Assembly: GCA_009859145.1 (NCBI GenBank)
Contig: VRVR01000063.1
Location: 70,983-129,233 of the forward strand
DNA length: 58,251 bases
From: Andalucia godoyi And28
Lineage: Eukaryota > Protista > Jakobida
Direction: 5' to 3'
A program made the position numbers and the translations under genes. The notes under the pieces were generated by a model that did no database searches, was not told the DNA's origin, and worked only from the letters and a program-made list of their open reading frames with translations. Positions 31,970-42,143 of the stretch are shown here, in pieces; position 1 is the stretch's first letter; each line of letters begins with the position of its first letter.

Positions 31970-34900
31970 GTGCTTGCTGATTTGTACAAGAGTACGAATG
32001 GACCAGGCTGGCAGCCCATAAATTGGGGAGGGACTCTGCCGTTGAATTTCTCGACATCTTGTTGTTCTCCTCCTTTAGGTGGCTATCAGTGCGATGCGCT
32101 TACAGGAAGGATCGTGAAAATTGACTTGTCTTCCAATCAGCTCGTTGGGCCGATTCCAGCATCGTTGAGTGATTTGTCACTGTTGGCAGATCTTCGTTTG
32201 TATTTCAATGCCCTCTCTGGGGGCATCCCGGAATCTTTGTGGACTTTGGTGCGATTGAATTATTTGGATCTGAGCAATTGCGCACTGTCTGGCGATATTT
32301 CGGCTCAGATAGGATCGTTGGTGTACTTGCAGTATCTGAACTTGGATTCCAACCAACTCACGGAATCTATTCCTGATTCTCTTGGCGATCTATCGCTACT
32401 TCAGATCTTGGACCTATCTTCGAACCAGCTGACAGGATCCATTCCTGCGTCTCTGGGTTCTCTTTCGCAGCTTGAGTACTTGGTTCTGTATTCGAATCAT
32501 CTGATTGGCTCAATTCCGCCGTCGCTGGGCAATCTGGCGCAACTTCAAATGTTGTATTTGTATTCCAACCAGCTGACGGGTCCGATCCCGTCTTCGTTCG
32601 GTGATCTGTCGGAGCTTGATTTTTTGGATATGAACTTCAATCAACTGACAGAGTCGATTCCATCATCGTTGGGCCGTCTGTCGCAACTTCAAATGTTGTA
32701 TTTGTACTCCAACGAGCTGAGTGGATCGGTTCCTGCGTCGCTTGGCAATTTGACACAGCTTCAGTACTTGGATCTTTCTTTTAATCGTCTTAGTGGTTCG
32801 CTTCCAGTTACCATGAAGCAATATACGAATTTGCTGGAACTGCGGTTACAGTTCAATGAGCTATCGGGTCCGATATTTCCGCAAGTTTCTCTGATGAATG
32901 CACTCCATGAATTGTCAATTCAAGCCAACTCATTCTCGGGTAATATCTCCTGCAGTTCTCTTCCGTCATCGCTCATTACGCTGAACGCACAAGGCAACAA
33001 TTTGGGCGGAATGATTGGTGATTGCTTCTGTGACAATCTGCCTGCATTACAATATCTCCATCTTGGGAGCAATTGGATGACGCGGTTCAGCAATTGCTCC
33101 ATATCATCGCTCCGGAGCTTAGACCTTTCCAATAACCGTCTTGACGTTTTTCCATTCCATCGAATTTCGCAGTTCTCGAATCTCACGTCGTTGGATTTAT
33201 CGAAGAATCGTTTGTATGGGGATTTTCCGCAAGATGTGTTCCAGCAGACTTCTTCATTGCGCACTGTGTCTCTGGCTTACAATAACTTCTCTGGAGATTT
33301 TCCGATTCAACCGTGTGTTTCGCTGTCCTCTCTGGAAGCTATTGACTTGTCCGGGAATTCGATATCGGGTATGAATGGGTATTGGTCATTTCCCCCTGGC
33401 GATAAGTGCAATTCTCCGTACGCGTCTCTTGCGACTTTGAAGTTATCGGACACGGGCTTGAATCCTGTTGCATCATACGACGGAAATTTTGGTGTCCAAT
33501 ATGCGTCCTTTTTGTCCTTTTTGCCGTTATTTCCTGCGCTTGTGAACCTGGACTTGTCATCCAATCATCTAACTACGGGTTTGGACAGTATTTTGAGCAA
33601 TCTTCCCCTCTTGAAATCGTTGAACATACAATCGAATCCGAATATGAGATTGACGACAGCGGCAACCCCGGTTTCTCGGGCTTTGTTTCAATTTTCGGCT
33701 AACTTTGGGTATCCTTTCAGTGTGAACATGACGTGCTACTCTGCGACCTTTGCATCCGGTCTTTCCATTCAAGCGGATCCTCTGTTTTATGATTATCGGT
33801 ACTGTGTCTGCCGACCCGGATTCTTTGGCAAACCTCCCCATTGTCTGCCGTGTCTTCCGCATGCCGCTTGTTCGTTCACGAGTGAATCGATCATTCCGCT
33901 GCTGAACACCACATCTGCGTGGAATGACAGCGGGAATGTGGTGGCACAAGAAGGGTACTACGCATCTCCGTTTGTGCCACTCGGTGAAATGATGAGCAAT
34001 CAATTGTATCCAAAAACCATAGAAATATGTGCGCATGCAGGTACGGATTTGACACCCTGCGATGCTAATCAAGAGAAATCGTGCAAAACGGGGTATCAAG
34101 GCAGACTCTGTTCCGGTTGTTCCTCTGGATACTTCCGAACAGGTGATCGATGCGTAGAATGCCCGGATTCAGTCGGACTCGTGTTCTTCGCGATGTTTGT
34201 CGTTCTTGCTGCTGTTGGTTTGGTGGTGTGGTCGTTTTTCGTTGGTTCCTCTTCATCTGGGTTGGTCAAAGTGCTGGTGTTCTTCTGGCAAGCGCTGTTC
34301 TTCATTCGGGCGCCGATGTCGAGTGGATTGTACAGTTTCACCCACAGCGCTTCGTCCGTCAGTACGTTGTCTGTTGCCGGACCAGAATGCTTTTTCCACA
34401 ATTGGGACTACGCAACGAACTACGGTTTCGCTGTCACCGCACCGTTCGTTTCGTTGTTCGTCGCTTTCCTCATTTGGATTCTCGGATCACTCAGGGTGCA
34501 AACTCGTGCAATCCAAACCAAGGAGGCATGGCTAGATCGATGCCGCCGATCTGCCATTTTCTTGTTCTTGTTCTTCTTCATGTCTGCCGTGTCTGCCGTT
34601 CTTGCTTCTCTGTCTTGCGCCACGGATGCCGGCGATGGCAAGTCGTACCTTGTTTACTATCCCGATGAAGAATGTTCCCCGACACTGCAGGCGGTTTCTT
34701 CCATTCTTCTGTTGCTATTCGCAGCAGCTATTCCAGGAACACTGTCTTTCCTTGTTTGGCGCAGCGGTGTGCTGTCCGAGAATGCGAAACCGCAAACACG
34801 CAGGATGCTTGTTTATTCCTTGCTTTTTGGTTCCTACCGACCGAATCGGCGATGGTGGGAGCTGGTTGTGACCGTTCGTCGAGTGTTGGTTGTCTCTGCA

Positions 34901-35260
34901 TATGTGACCATCCCACCACTCTCGGAGTATCGCACCATGTTGGTGGCAACTGTTTTGGTGACTGCGGCAAGTATCCAAGCAATCGCTACGCCGTACCATC
35001 GTTCTGCCGAGAATTCTCTCGAAATCATCTCTCTCGGAATCCTTCTTGTGAATCTCGTCTGTTCCGTTCAATCGCAAGTCCTGGGGGTGCAGGACGTTAA
35101 CGGTTCGGGAGCAATTGTGTTTTTGCTGAACATTGGATTTTCAGCGGTTCTTATTGCGATGCTGGTATCGCACTTTCGACGACGGTGGCGAAAGAACGAG
35201 AATTTGAGCTGCCCAGATTCGCTGAACGAGGGTTTGCTTGGACAGGATGCAGCGCTTTAG
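31970..35260 (+). CDS. LRR receptor-like multi-pass membrane protein: LRR N-cap, many plant-type LRRs, Cys-rich region, ~9 hydrophobic segments. The 5' end is unresolved (frame open from 31793; possible signal peptide at 31342).
   Basis: VLADLYKSTNGPGW cap; repeated LxxLxxLxxLDLSSNQLTGSIP; CVCRPGFFGKPPHC and CKTGYQGRLCSGCSSGY; GSYRPNRRWWELVVTVRR. Confidence 0.9.
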   Translation: MLADLYKSTNGPGWQPINWGGTLPLNFSTSCCSPPLGGYQCDALTGRIVKIDLSSNQLVGPIPASLSDLSLLADLRLYFNALSGGIPESLWTLVRLNYLDLSNCALSGDISAQIGSLVYLQYLNLDSNQLTESIPDSLGDLSLLQILDLSSNQLTGSIPASLGSLSQLEYLVLYSNHLIGSIPPSLGNLAQLQMLYLYSNQLTGPIPSSFGDLSELDFLDMNFNQLTESIPSSLGRLSQLQMLYLYSNELSGSVPASLGNLTQLQYLDLSFNRLSGSLPVTMKQYTNLLELRLQFNELSGPIFPQVSLMNALHELSIQANSFSGNISCSSLPSSLITLNAQGNNLGGMIGDCFCDNLPALQYLHLGSNWMTRFSNCSISSLRSLDLSNNRLDVFPFHRISQFSNLTSLDLSKNRLYGDFPQDVFQQTSSLRTVSLAYNNFSGDFPIQPCVSLSSLEAIDLSGNSISGMNGYWSFPPGDKCNSPYASLATLKLSDTGLNPVASYDGNFGVQYASFLSFLPLFPALVNLDLSSNHLTTGLDSILSNLPLLKSLNIQSNPNMRLTTAATPVSRALFQFSANFGYPFSVNMTCYSATFASGLSIQADPLFYDYRYCVCRPGFFGKPPHCLPCLPHAACSFTSESIIPLLNTTSAWNDSGNVVAQEGYYASPFVPLGEMMSNQLYPKTIEICAHAGTDLTPCDANQEKSCKTGYQGRLCSGCSSGYFRTGDRCVECPDSVGLVFFAMFVVLAAVGLVVWSFFVGSSSSGLVKVLVFFWQALFFIRAPMSSGLYSFTHSASSVSTLSVAGPECFFHNWDYATNYGFAVTAPFVSLFVAFLIWILGSLRVQTRAIQTKEAWLDRCRRSAIFLFLFFFMSAVSAVLASLSCATDAGDGKSYLVYYPDEECSPTLQAVSSILLLLFAAAIPGTLSFLVWRSGVLSENAKPQTRRMLVYSLLFGSYRPNRRWWELVVTVRRVLVVSAYVTIPPLSEYRTMLVATVLVTAASIQAIATPYHRSAENSLEIISLGILLVNLVCSVQSQVLGVQDVNGSGAIVFLLNIGFSAVLIAMLVSHFRRRWRKNENLSCPDSLNEGLLGQDAAL

Positions 35261-35525
35261 CCCATCTGATACAAGCCCGAATGCTTCTGCACATGAGTAC
35301 TTTGGACTGGCCGTATGTCGCTGTTCTTTTCCATTCCCTCCTCTTGCAGCTCTTGAGAACATTTCGCAAAGTAAAGATGCAGACCATGAACTATCAGAGG
35401 AACGTCGCACTCAGAATGAATTCAATCACCATAATTGAGCGGCACGTGCATAAACCTGGAGAACAGACCTCGTTGGAATGACTGCGAGATCTGCTGTTTT
35501 CATCGAACGTTCAAACCGAGTCGTT

Positions 35526-37430
35526 TTAACCATGGGAAGTTTCAAAGAACTCTCGCATGCGACTAACCAGCCGTTCACTCGCGCTACTCCGTTTCTTCAG
35601 CTCAAACAAACTGGGGAACTCATGATGCAGTCTTTGGAAAAAGGAACGCAAGGGTCGCCGCTCCTCCGTGTCAAGCGCCGGGATCGGAAGAGATGGATTC
35701 AGCACATCGTTCAGAATACGCGACCGCATTCGAAACAGTGCATCTTTGTTGTGCAGCCGTGTGTGCTTTTCTCGATGGGTCGACTCCTTTAGGAAAATAG
35801 CCACCGGCGGCAGCCACGAGAGAACATCGCCGATGGCGAGGTACAATGCGGTGAGTACAGCCTGCTGCAGACACACTTGGAGTCGCTCGCCATCCGTCAG
35901 ATCCGTCAGAGAACGCACGAGGTCCAGCCAGTCGGGGGAGAAGGCCGCGTGGTAGTGAAACTCTTTCTTGTCGTGCTTCTGGATAAAGGACGCGCCGCCC
36001 CAGTCGATCAAGCATATGGGAAACGGAAAGTCGCTTTGCACCTCCTCTAGTAACACGATGTTTTGCGGACAAATATCCATGTGGTGGATGCCATGCTCAC
36101 CGCATTGCAGTATGATGCTGGTCAACTGTTGCAAAAGTTCCGTGCAGAATACGAGGGCGCGGTTCGGGTAGCACGATGCAAGTGGCAACGGCACTCCTAT
36201 GGGCGCAGTGCACAGAATCGCTCCTTGATCGGACTGTTCGGAATGCAAGAGAGTGGGGACCCAGAAGCGATGACGGCCCCAGTCGATTCTGGAAAGCTCC
36301 TGCAGTGCACCTAGTTCGGTGGTCCATTCCGCATGCTTCGATGCCGGAAAGCACTTGACAACGACGGAGATTGTTGAATCAAGAGTCGCGGTCGCCAGTT
36401 CCACAGCATCCATCTTCCCGATGCCATGGACCGGTGCACGCTGCAGCATTCCAGTCAGCTCCAGTCTCGGCGAAATAGACAGCGAGCGCACGATTCCAGA
36501 GGACAAGGTGGACACAACTGGTGGCGGTGCGCCATTCCACCCACACAACGTATGCGGATCACTGGCCAGCAAGAAGCAAAGGCCTTTCATACCGTCCTCG
36601 TGAAGTGCAATTGGAGCAGTTTCCAGCAGCTCGTAGTCCCATCCAGACTCGGAATCGAAAATACGCAAACAAATGAAAACAATGAAATTTCGGTTGCACG
36701 CAAAGCCCCAACACACACGTCGAGAAATACCGGACTCCTGAACAATGTGCGCAAATCGCTGGTACACTTGCAAGGTAGCCTCGGAGAGCTTCGACTTTTC
36801 GGTGCCATCATGTTGATCGGACGCCTTGAGTTCCACAACGAGACTCACTCCATGATACATGGGCCGCCGCACCGCCAGACGGCCGATGTAAAGCAGCAAG
36901 TCCACTCGTTGCCTCTGTCCATAGAGACCACTGCGCGAGAAGTCCACCACGTGCATGTCACCGTGTTTGGAGAGGAATCTCGTGATGAACAACCGAAGCT
37001 GGTCTTGCAGGAGCGGCTCAGGACATGAGTCGAGAGGCAACGTTCCCACTGTCTCATTCCACATTGCCTGGAAATCCTCCCAGAACGGGAGATTGGAAGA
37101 AATGGAGGGGAAAAGATCGTCAAACGAAGCATCCGTGGCATACAAATTGGTGGTGTGGCTGCGCGACGACGATCCCAAAGCCAGCAAATCCTGCGACAAC
37201 TTGGAGATGAAAAGCTCGATTTTTGTTACAATCAATTCTTCTTGCGACGTTTTCGCTTGTTCTTGGGACTTGACCGCTTGCTCTTCCGACTTCTTCGCTT
37301 GTTCTTCGGCAGCAAGTCTTCTTCGATGCTCTGCTTCCTTCTCTTGGCGCTCTCTCTCATTTTCACGGTTCAGCCGCTCAATTTGTTTGAGCAGCTTCTG
37401 AACCACATCATCTGAATCGGACGAACTCAT
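35526..37430 (-). CDS. Crinkler-like protein: coiled coil + PD-(D/E)xK restriction-endonuclease-like domain + protein-kinase-like domain (634 aa)
   Basis: RVDLL...LVVELK, QVYQRF, WGFACNR; kinase motifs VVVKCF, GIHHMDICPQNIVL, LIDWGGA. Confidence 0.8.
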   Translation of the reverse strand: MSSSDSDDVVQKLLKQIERLNRENERERQEKEAEHRRRLAAEEQAKKSEEQAVKSQEQAKTSQEELIVTKIELFISKLSQDLLALGSSSRSHTTNLYATDASFDDLFPSISSNLPFWEDFQAMWNETVGTLPLDSCPEPLLQDQLRLFITRFLSKHGDMHVVDFSRSGLYGQRQRVDLLLYIGRLAVRRPMYHGVSLVVELKASDQHDGTEKSKLSEATLQVYQRFAHIVQESGISRRVCWGFACNRNFIVFICLRIFDSESGWDYELLETAPIALHEDGMKGLCFLLASDPHTLCGWNGAPPPVVSTLSSGIVRSLSISPRLELTGMLQRAPVHGIGKMDAVELATATLDSTISVVVKCFPASKHAEWTTELGALQELSRIDWGRHRFWVPTLLHSEQSDQGAILCTAPIGVPLPLASCYPNRALVFCTELLQQLTSIILQCGEHGIHHMDICPQNIVLLEEVQSDFPFPICLIDWGGASFIQKHDKKEFHYHAAFSPDWLDLVRSLTDLTDGERLQVCLQQAVLTALYLAIGDVLSWLPPVAIFLKESTHREKHTRLHNKDALFRMRSRILNDVLNPSLPIPALDTEERRPLRSFFQRLHHEFPSLFELKKRSSASERLVSRMREFFETSHG

Positions 37431-37573
37431 GATTGATCAAAGAAATAAATTGATTTGAAACAAAGAAAGCTAGGAGAAGAAAAAAGAAGAAAAAGAGGAG
37501 GAGGGAGAAGGGAAAAACACGAAGCGGAGTAAAAATGTGACAAATGCGGGGTTTTCCCGACTGCCCCGATGGT

Positions 37574-37649
37574 ATGAGTACAGACATTCTACGACTCACA
37601 TCTCTGAATAGCTATTCACAAGTATGAGTCTTGGAAAATCCGTACTCAT
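37574..37649. repeat. Imperfect palindrome centred at 37611/37612 with a perfect 14-bp core TGAATAGCTATTCA
   Basis: ATGAGTAC(37574)/GTACTCAT(37642), GACTCA(37593)/TGAGTC(37625) and the core at 37605-37618 share one symmetry axis. Confidence 0.9.
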
Positions 37650-37798
37650 TGTCTCCAAGGGAATCGGGTATTTTCTAAACTGATGCATTTCTCAGGACTT
37701 TTCATTCACTCTTTTTTAATTTCCCGATCCTTCACCATTTCCTCTTTTCTTTTCTTTTTCTGTTTATGTATTTTCTCCCCTGTTAAACTGTCAGTGCA

Positions 37799-39733
37799 AT
37801 GGATCCAAACCAGATCATTCAGGAGCTTCAAGAGAAGCTTAAGCAGTCAGAACGAGAGACGGAGAAGGAACGCCGCGAAAAGGAGAGAGAAAGAGAAGAG
37901 AAAGAGGAAGAACGTCGAGAAAAGGAGTTAGCGCAGCAAGGGCAGGAGAGAGAACGCCAAGAGAAGGAGAGGGAAAGACAGGAGAAGGAAGTAGCGCAAC
38001 AAGAACTGCAGAAATCAAGAATTGAAACATTCCTCATCGGGCTCTCGCGAGATCTGTTGGCAGTCGGCTCATCTTCACGGAGTCAGGGAACAACCCTCTG
38101 CACCTCGAGCGCTACTATCCAGCAGCTCTTCGCTTTTGTTCAGGGTTCTCTTTCCCATTGGAATGATTTCCAGGCACTCTGGAATGACACCGTAGGAAGT
38201 TTACCGCTCAATTCCCCCGAGCCGCTGTTACAGGAGCAGTTTCGGCTGTTTTTCATGCGATTTCTTTCCAAGCACGGCGATGTGCATCTCGTGGATTTTT
38301 CAAGAAGCGGTCTGTATGGATTGATCCAGCGTGTGGACTTGCTGTTTTGCCGCGGACGCGTTGCCAGGCGACTTGCCACGTACTTTGAATCCTGTCTTGT
38401 CGGTGAGCTCAAAGCATCGGGCCGCGGCAGACGTCCGGACGCGAAGTTGGAAAAGGCCGTTCAACAAGTGTACCAACGTTTTGCACATATTGTCGAAGAG
38501 TGCGGGATACGCCGACGTTCCTACTGGGGATTTGCATGCAACCGCACGTCGATCGTGTTCTTGCATTTGCGCATTCTGCCGACTCGCAGCGGCTGGGACT
38601 ATGACTTGTTGCAATCGAGCCCCGTTGCACTGGACACGGAGGGCTTGCGTGCACTGTGCATGTTGCTTTCATTTGATTCCCACACGATGTGTTCCTGGGA
38701 CGGCGAAGCACCTCCCGTCGTGTCCGCTGCATCGTCTGCAATTGTTTCTTCATTGCGAATTGCAAGCCAAGTCGAGCTATCGGGGATGCTACAGCGTGGA
38801 CCCGTGCATGGAGTGGGAGAGCCGGATGCAGTCGAGGTTGCGACGGGCGTGGTGGATCAGACAACGGCAGTGGTCGTGAAGAGCTTTCCGCCTTCGAAGC
38901 AGGGTGAGATGGAAACGGAGCGAAGTGTGTTGCTCGAGATTTCGCGAATCGACTGGGACGCTCACAAGTACTGGGTGCCATCCCTTGTTCTCGCCGAGCA
39001 GTCTGAGCGTGGCGGTATTCTGTGCACGACTCCCGTCGGCAATCCTTTGCCGCTTGCATCGTGCTTTTCCGAGCATGCGATGCTTTACTGCGCCGAGCTC
39101 CTTCTTCAGCTGACGTCCATCGTGTCGAACTACCACGAGAAGGGCGTCCACCACATGGATATTTGTCCGCAGAACATCGTGTTGCTGGATGAGCAACAAA
39201 CTGCCGTGCGATTTCCCATATGCTTGATTGACTGGGGCGGTGCATCGTTTATGCAGAAACTAGACAAAAAAGAGTTTCACTACCACACTACCTTCTCGCC
39301 CGATTGGCTGGATGCAGTGGCGTCGTTGGCCGATCTGTCCGATGGCGAGCGACTGCAGGTCTGCTTGCAGCAGGCAATGCTGACGACGATGTGCATCGCA
39401 TTCGGCGACGTGCTCTCGTGGCTGCCGCCAATGGCCATTATTCTTGATGAGAAGAATCTGCAACAGGATTCGCATTCGCGCGTGCGAACGAAAGATGACT
39501 TGTTCAAGATTCGAAGAGAAATCATCACTCATTTGCTGGATACCTCGCTTGACACGCCGGTACTGGCCGGCCGCGATTCTCTGCGATTGTTTTTCCAGCA
39601 GCTGAGGGACGCGGTTCCGACGCTTTTTGAATTGGAAGAACGCAGCATTGCGGACAATGCGATGGCAGTTCGAATACGTGAGTTCTGTGCAGATGTGTGT
39701 GGCCGTCAGTTCGCTGAACTCCCGGCGCAATAG
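37799..39733 (+). CDS. Crinkler-like nuclease+kinase protein (644 aa), head-to-head paralog of 35526..37430
   Basis: E/K/R-rich coiled coil, RVDLL...LVGELK, VVVKSF, GVHHMDICPQNIVL, LIDWGGA. Confidence 0.8.
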   Translation: MDPNQIIQELQEKLKQSERETEKERREKEREREEKEEERREKELAQQGQERERQEKERERQEKEVAQQELQKSRIETFLIGLSRDLLAVGSSSRSQGTTLCTSSATIQQLFAFVQGSLSHWNDFQALWNDTVGSLPLNSPEPLLQEQFRLFFMRFLSKHGDVHLVDFSRSGLYGLIQRVDLLFCRGRVARRLATYFESCLVGELKASGRGRRPDAKLEKAVQQVYQRFAHIVEECGIRRRSYWGFACNRTSIVFLHLRILPTRSGWDYDLLQSSPVALDTEGLRALCMLLSFDSHTMCSWDGEAPPVVSAASSAIVSSLRIASQVELSGMLQRGPVHGVGEPDAVEVATGVVDQTTAVVVKSFPPSKQGEMETERSVLLEISRIDWDAHKYWVPSLVLAEQSERGGILCTTPVGNPLPLASCFSEHAMLYCAELLLQLTSIVSNYHEKGVHHMDICPQNIVLLDEQQTAVRFPICLIDWGGASFMQKLDKKEFHYHTTFSPDWLDAVASLADLSDGERLQVCLQQAMLTTMCIAFGDVLSWLPPMAIILDEKNLQQDSHSRVRTKDDLFKIRREIITHLLDTSLDTPVLAGRDSLRLFFQQLRDAVPTLFELEERSIADNAMAVRIREFCADVCGRQFAELPAQ

Positions 39734-39887
39734 CTGCTTGGAAATCAGCCACACTGCGTATTTGGTCTAGGGGTGCCACGGCATACTTGCACAGGATTAC
39801 GTTTGTTATAAACGTCATGCACCCTTTTAGAAGGACGTCCTCCAAAGAACGCATTCCAACATCCGAACTCCCGATTACGTGGCCATC

Positions 39888-40133
39888 ATGGATGGTATTG
39901 GCAGCACGGTTACTGGGAGCCGCAGTCGAGTGTGCGAGGTCTGCCAGCATATCACCGAACAGTACAAGTCGATTACCAAGACTGCCATGAAGGAAGAATA
40001 CTTCGTTTCAGAAGAAGATGTTGAGTCGTACGTGGATCCTGTGTACCGCCTGACCCGCATCGACCAAGCGATCCTCCCGTGTGTCTGTACGACGAGAAAA
40101 GCGGTCATCCGGATTGGTAGAAAGAAAACGTAG
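39888..40133 (+). CDS. Possible small Cys-containing protein (81 aa)
   Basis: ORF with CEVC and CVC; no other support. Confidence 0.3.
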   Translation: MDGIGSTVTGSRSRVCEVCQHITEQYKSITKTAMKEEYFVSEEDVESYVDPVYRLTRIDQAILPCVCTTRKAVIRIGRKKT

Positions 40134-40385
40134 AAGTGTTGAACAATCACTCATTTGAATTTTCAGTCACTACATTCTGGTACTGGTCAGTAAATATAGG
40201 GGGACATCAGACTAGGAGGATCAGCCATCGGCGTGCCATCGTTCAAAACAAATGTTTTTATGTCCTGTAGCCAGTTTTGCCCTTTCAGTAACCAGGAAGA
40301 CGGACGTTTTCCAGAGGAAACAGAAATGAATAATTTGAACCAAAACCAAAAATGCCAAGAAACAACGGTGTGTTGCAGCACCAGT

Positions 40386-41672
40386 TTAATCCTCTCGGTC
40401 GATCGCGTCCGTGTACGTGAAGAAGACCTTATCTGTTGAGAATCGGAAGCCATCGTTTGACACTTGCAGAAGCGCCTGTCCCGCAACGGGGCTCTTTGGC
40501 ACAGAGCAGAATACCACAGTTGGGCTGGAGTACGTACAAGGAGACGGAATCACCCCTCCCCATAAGCTCGAAACTTGCGGACCAAAGTTTGTGCCAGCAA
40601 CAGCAACCGTCAGTTTTCCAGATGACCGGGAGCCCGAGCTCGGGCTGACAGAAGATACGGTCGGCACAGGAAGTGGTGCTGGAGGAGTGTTTGCAATCGC
40701 AGGAGACAGGAGCAGGAACGACGGCTTGTCGTCCCAAAAGAGCGATTCGACGTCGCCAGAGGACGAAATGCGGACAAAACACGGTGCTTGCACATTATTT
40801 GCAAACTGGTCAGCGGAGATGTAGATCGAGTTGTCGGCGGCCGAAAAAGTGAACGAATAGACATTGCAAAGGACAGCTGTTGCGGAAGGAGAGCACACAT
40901 TGTTCATCTTGCTGCAAAACACAGGCAGTGAAGACACTTCCTTCCCAGACACAATATCTACAGTCAAAATGGAAGACGAACCCGCCAGAAAGAACTGCGA
41001 AGACGACGCAGCGATTAGCGTCTTTGGCGACTGGCCATCGTAATAGCAGCCATAGTCACGGACCGCTCGGGTAGCGACACTTATCGAGTGCACACACATG
41101 CTGGGGTTGAATGCCTCGCTCATGTTTCGCCAGGAGAAGAACACAAAGTCTGCGCTGGCTGCCCAGGTGTCAAACTGAAAGGACACGGAGGGATAAAAAA
41201 GCGTGGTCTGCATCGAGTCGGGGTCCACAGTATAGAGTGCACCTGTCTTGTCATCTTTGAATAGGAGTGATCCGTCATTCAGAACAAGAATGTTCGACAA
41301 GGCAATGTTCGAAGGCAGCGCAATAAACTCGTACCCGCATCCATTGGACATCGCAGACGAAGAAAGCGGTCGGCCCTGGCGATCCGCACCGAAAATGATG
41401 TTTGCGTAACCGTTCGACAACCAATACTCGTGGCCATGATGGGCGTCGTACTGGAACTGGTACGGATAGCAGCTGACCGAGTTCGGCACAACCATTTCCG
41501 AGCAATTGTTTGGCTGTCCAGGAACAAAGGGAGTCGACCACGTGCAGCCTTGGACGGCGGCATTCGGACGGTATCCCTGGAGTCCGAATGGAACAAAGTA
41601 GACATCCGCTGGAGCAGCACCGTGAGAGACGGCTACCAGAATAGAGAGAACAGCAACAATAAGAAATTTCAT
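40386..41672 (-). CDS. Secreted protein: signal peptide, beta-rich (possible propeller) region, Pro-rich linker, C-terminal IPT/TIG domain
   Basis: MKFLIVAVLSILVAVSHG signal peptide; PTVSSVSPSSG...VAVAGTNFG...C...C.VP...LQVSNDG...FTY matches IPT/TIG. Confidence 0.8.
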   Translation of the reverse strand: MKFLIVAVLSILVAVSHGAAPADVYFVPFGLQGYRPNAAVQGCTWSTPFVPGQPNNCSEMVVPNSVSCYPYQFQYDAHHGHEYWLSNGYANIIFGADRQGRPLSSSAMSNGCGYEFIALPSNIALSNILVLNDGSLLFKDDKTGALYTVDPDSMQTTLFYPSVSFQFDTWAASADFVFFSWRNMSEAFNPSMCVHSISVATRAVRDYGCYYDGQSPKTLIAASSSQFFLAGSSSILTVDIVSGKEVSSLPVFCSKMNNVCSPSATAVLCNVYSFTFSAADNSIYISADQFANNVQAPCFVRISSSGDVESLFWDDKPSFLLLSPAIANTPPAPLPVPTVSSVSPSSGSRSSGKLTVAVAGTNFGPQVSSLWGGVIPSPCTYSSPTVVFCSVPKSPVAGQALLQVSNDGFRFSTDKVFFTYTDAIDRED

Positions 41673-42143
41673 GAGCAGACGCGAATCCTGAAGCCAGAAA
41701 AGAGGACAGACGAACAGAAAGAGCCTAGCAGAAAAAAAAGAAGAAAAACAGGATCGCAGAATAAATTGCAGAGCAGATTCGACAGAGAGAAGCGAACAAT
41801 TTTCTTTTTCTGTGGGAGAAACATTTTCCGGTCCCCCAAGGATTGAAGTGGCGGATATGTAAGGACAAAAGGGTTGGTCACAATAGAAGTTCCTGTATCG
41901 AGTATTCCGGAGAAAATGTGAGTTAACGAAATTACAGACTTATTCAGAAGCTGCGAGTTCGGGAATTTCATTTTAACTGGCTTTTTTGCACCAATCCATA
42001 TTCGTTTTAAGAGGTCCCCTTTTCCATTCCGGGCAAAGCTATCCGCCTCAACGGACACATGAATTGCCAAAAGCTTGCACGGTCCACGCAGACGAACAGC
42101 AACGATGTTTGGTATGATTCCAGTAAATCACGAATGACAGTGG

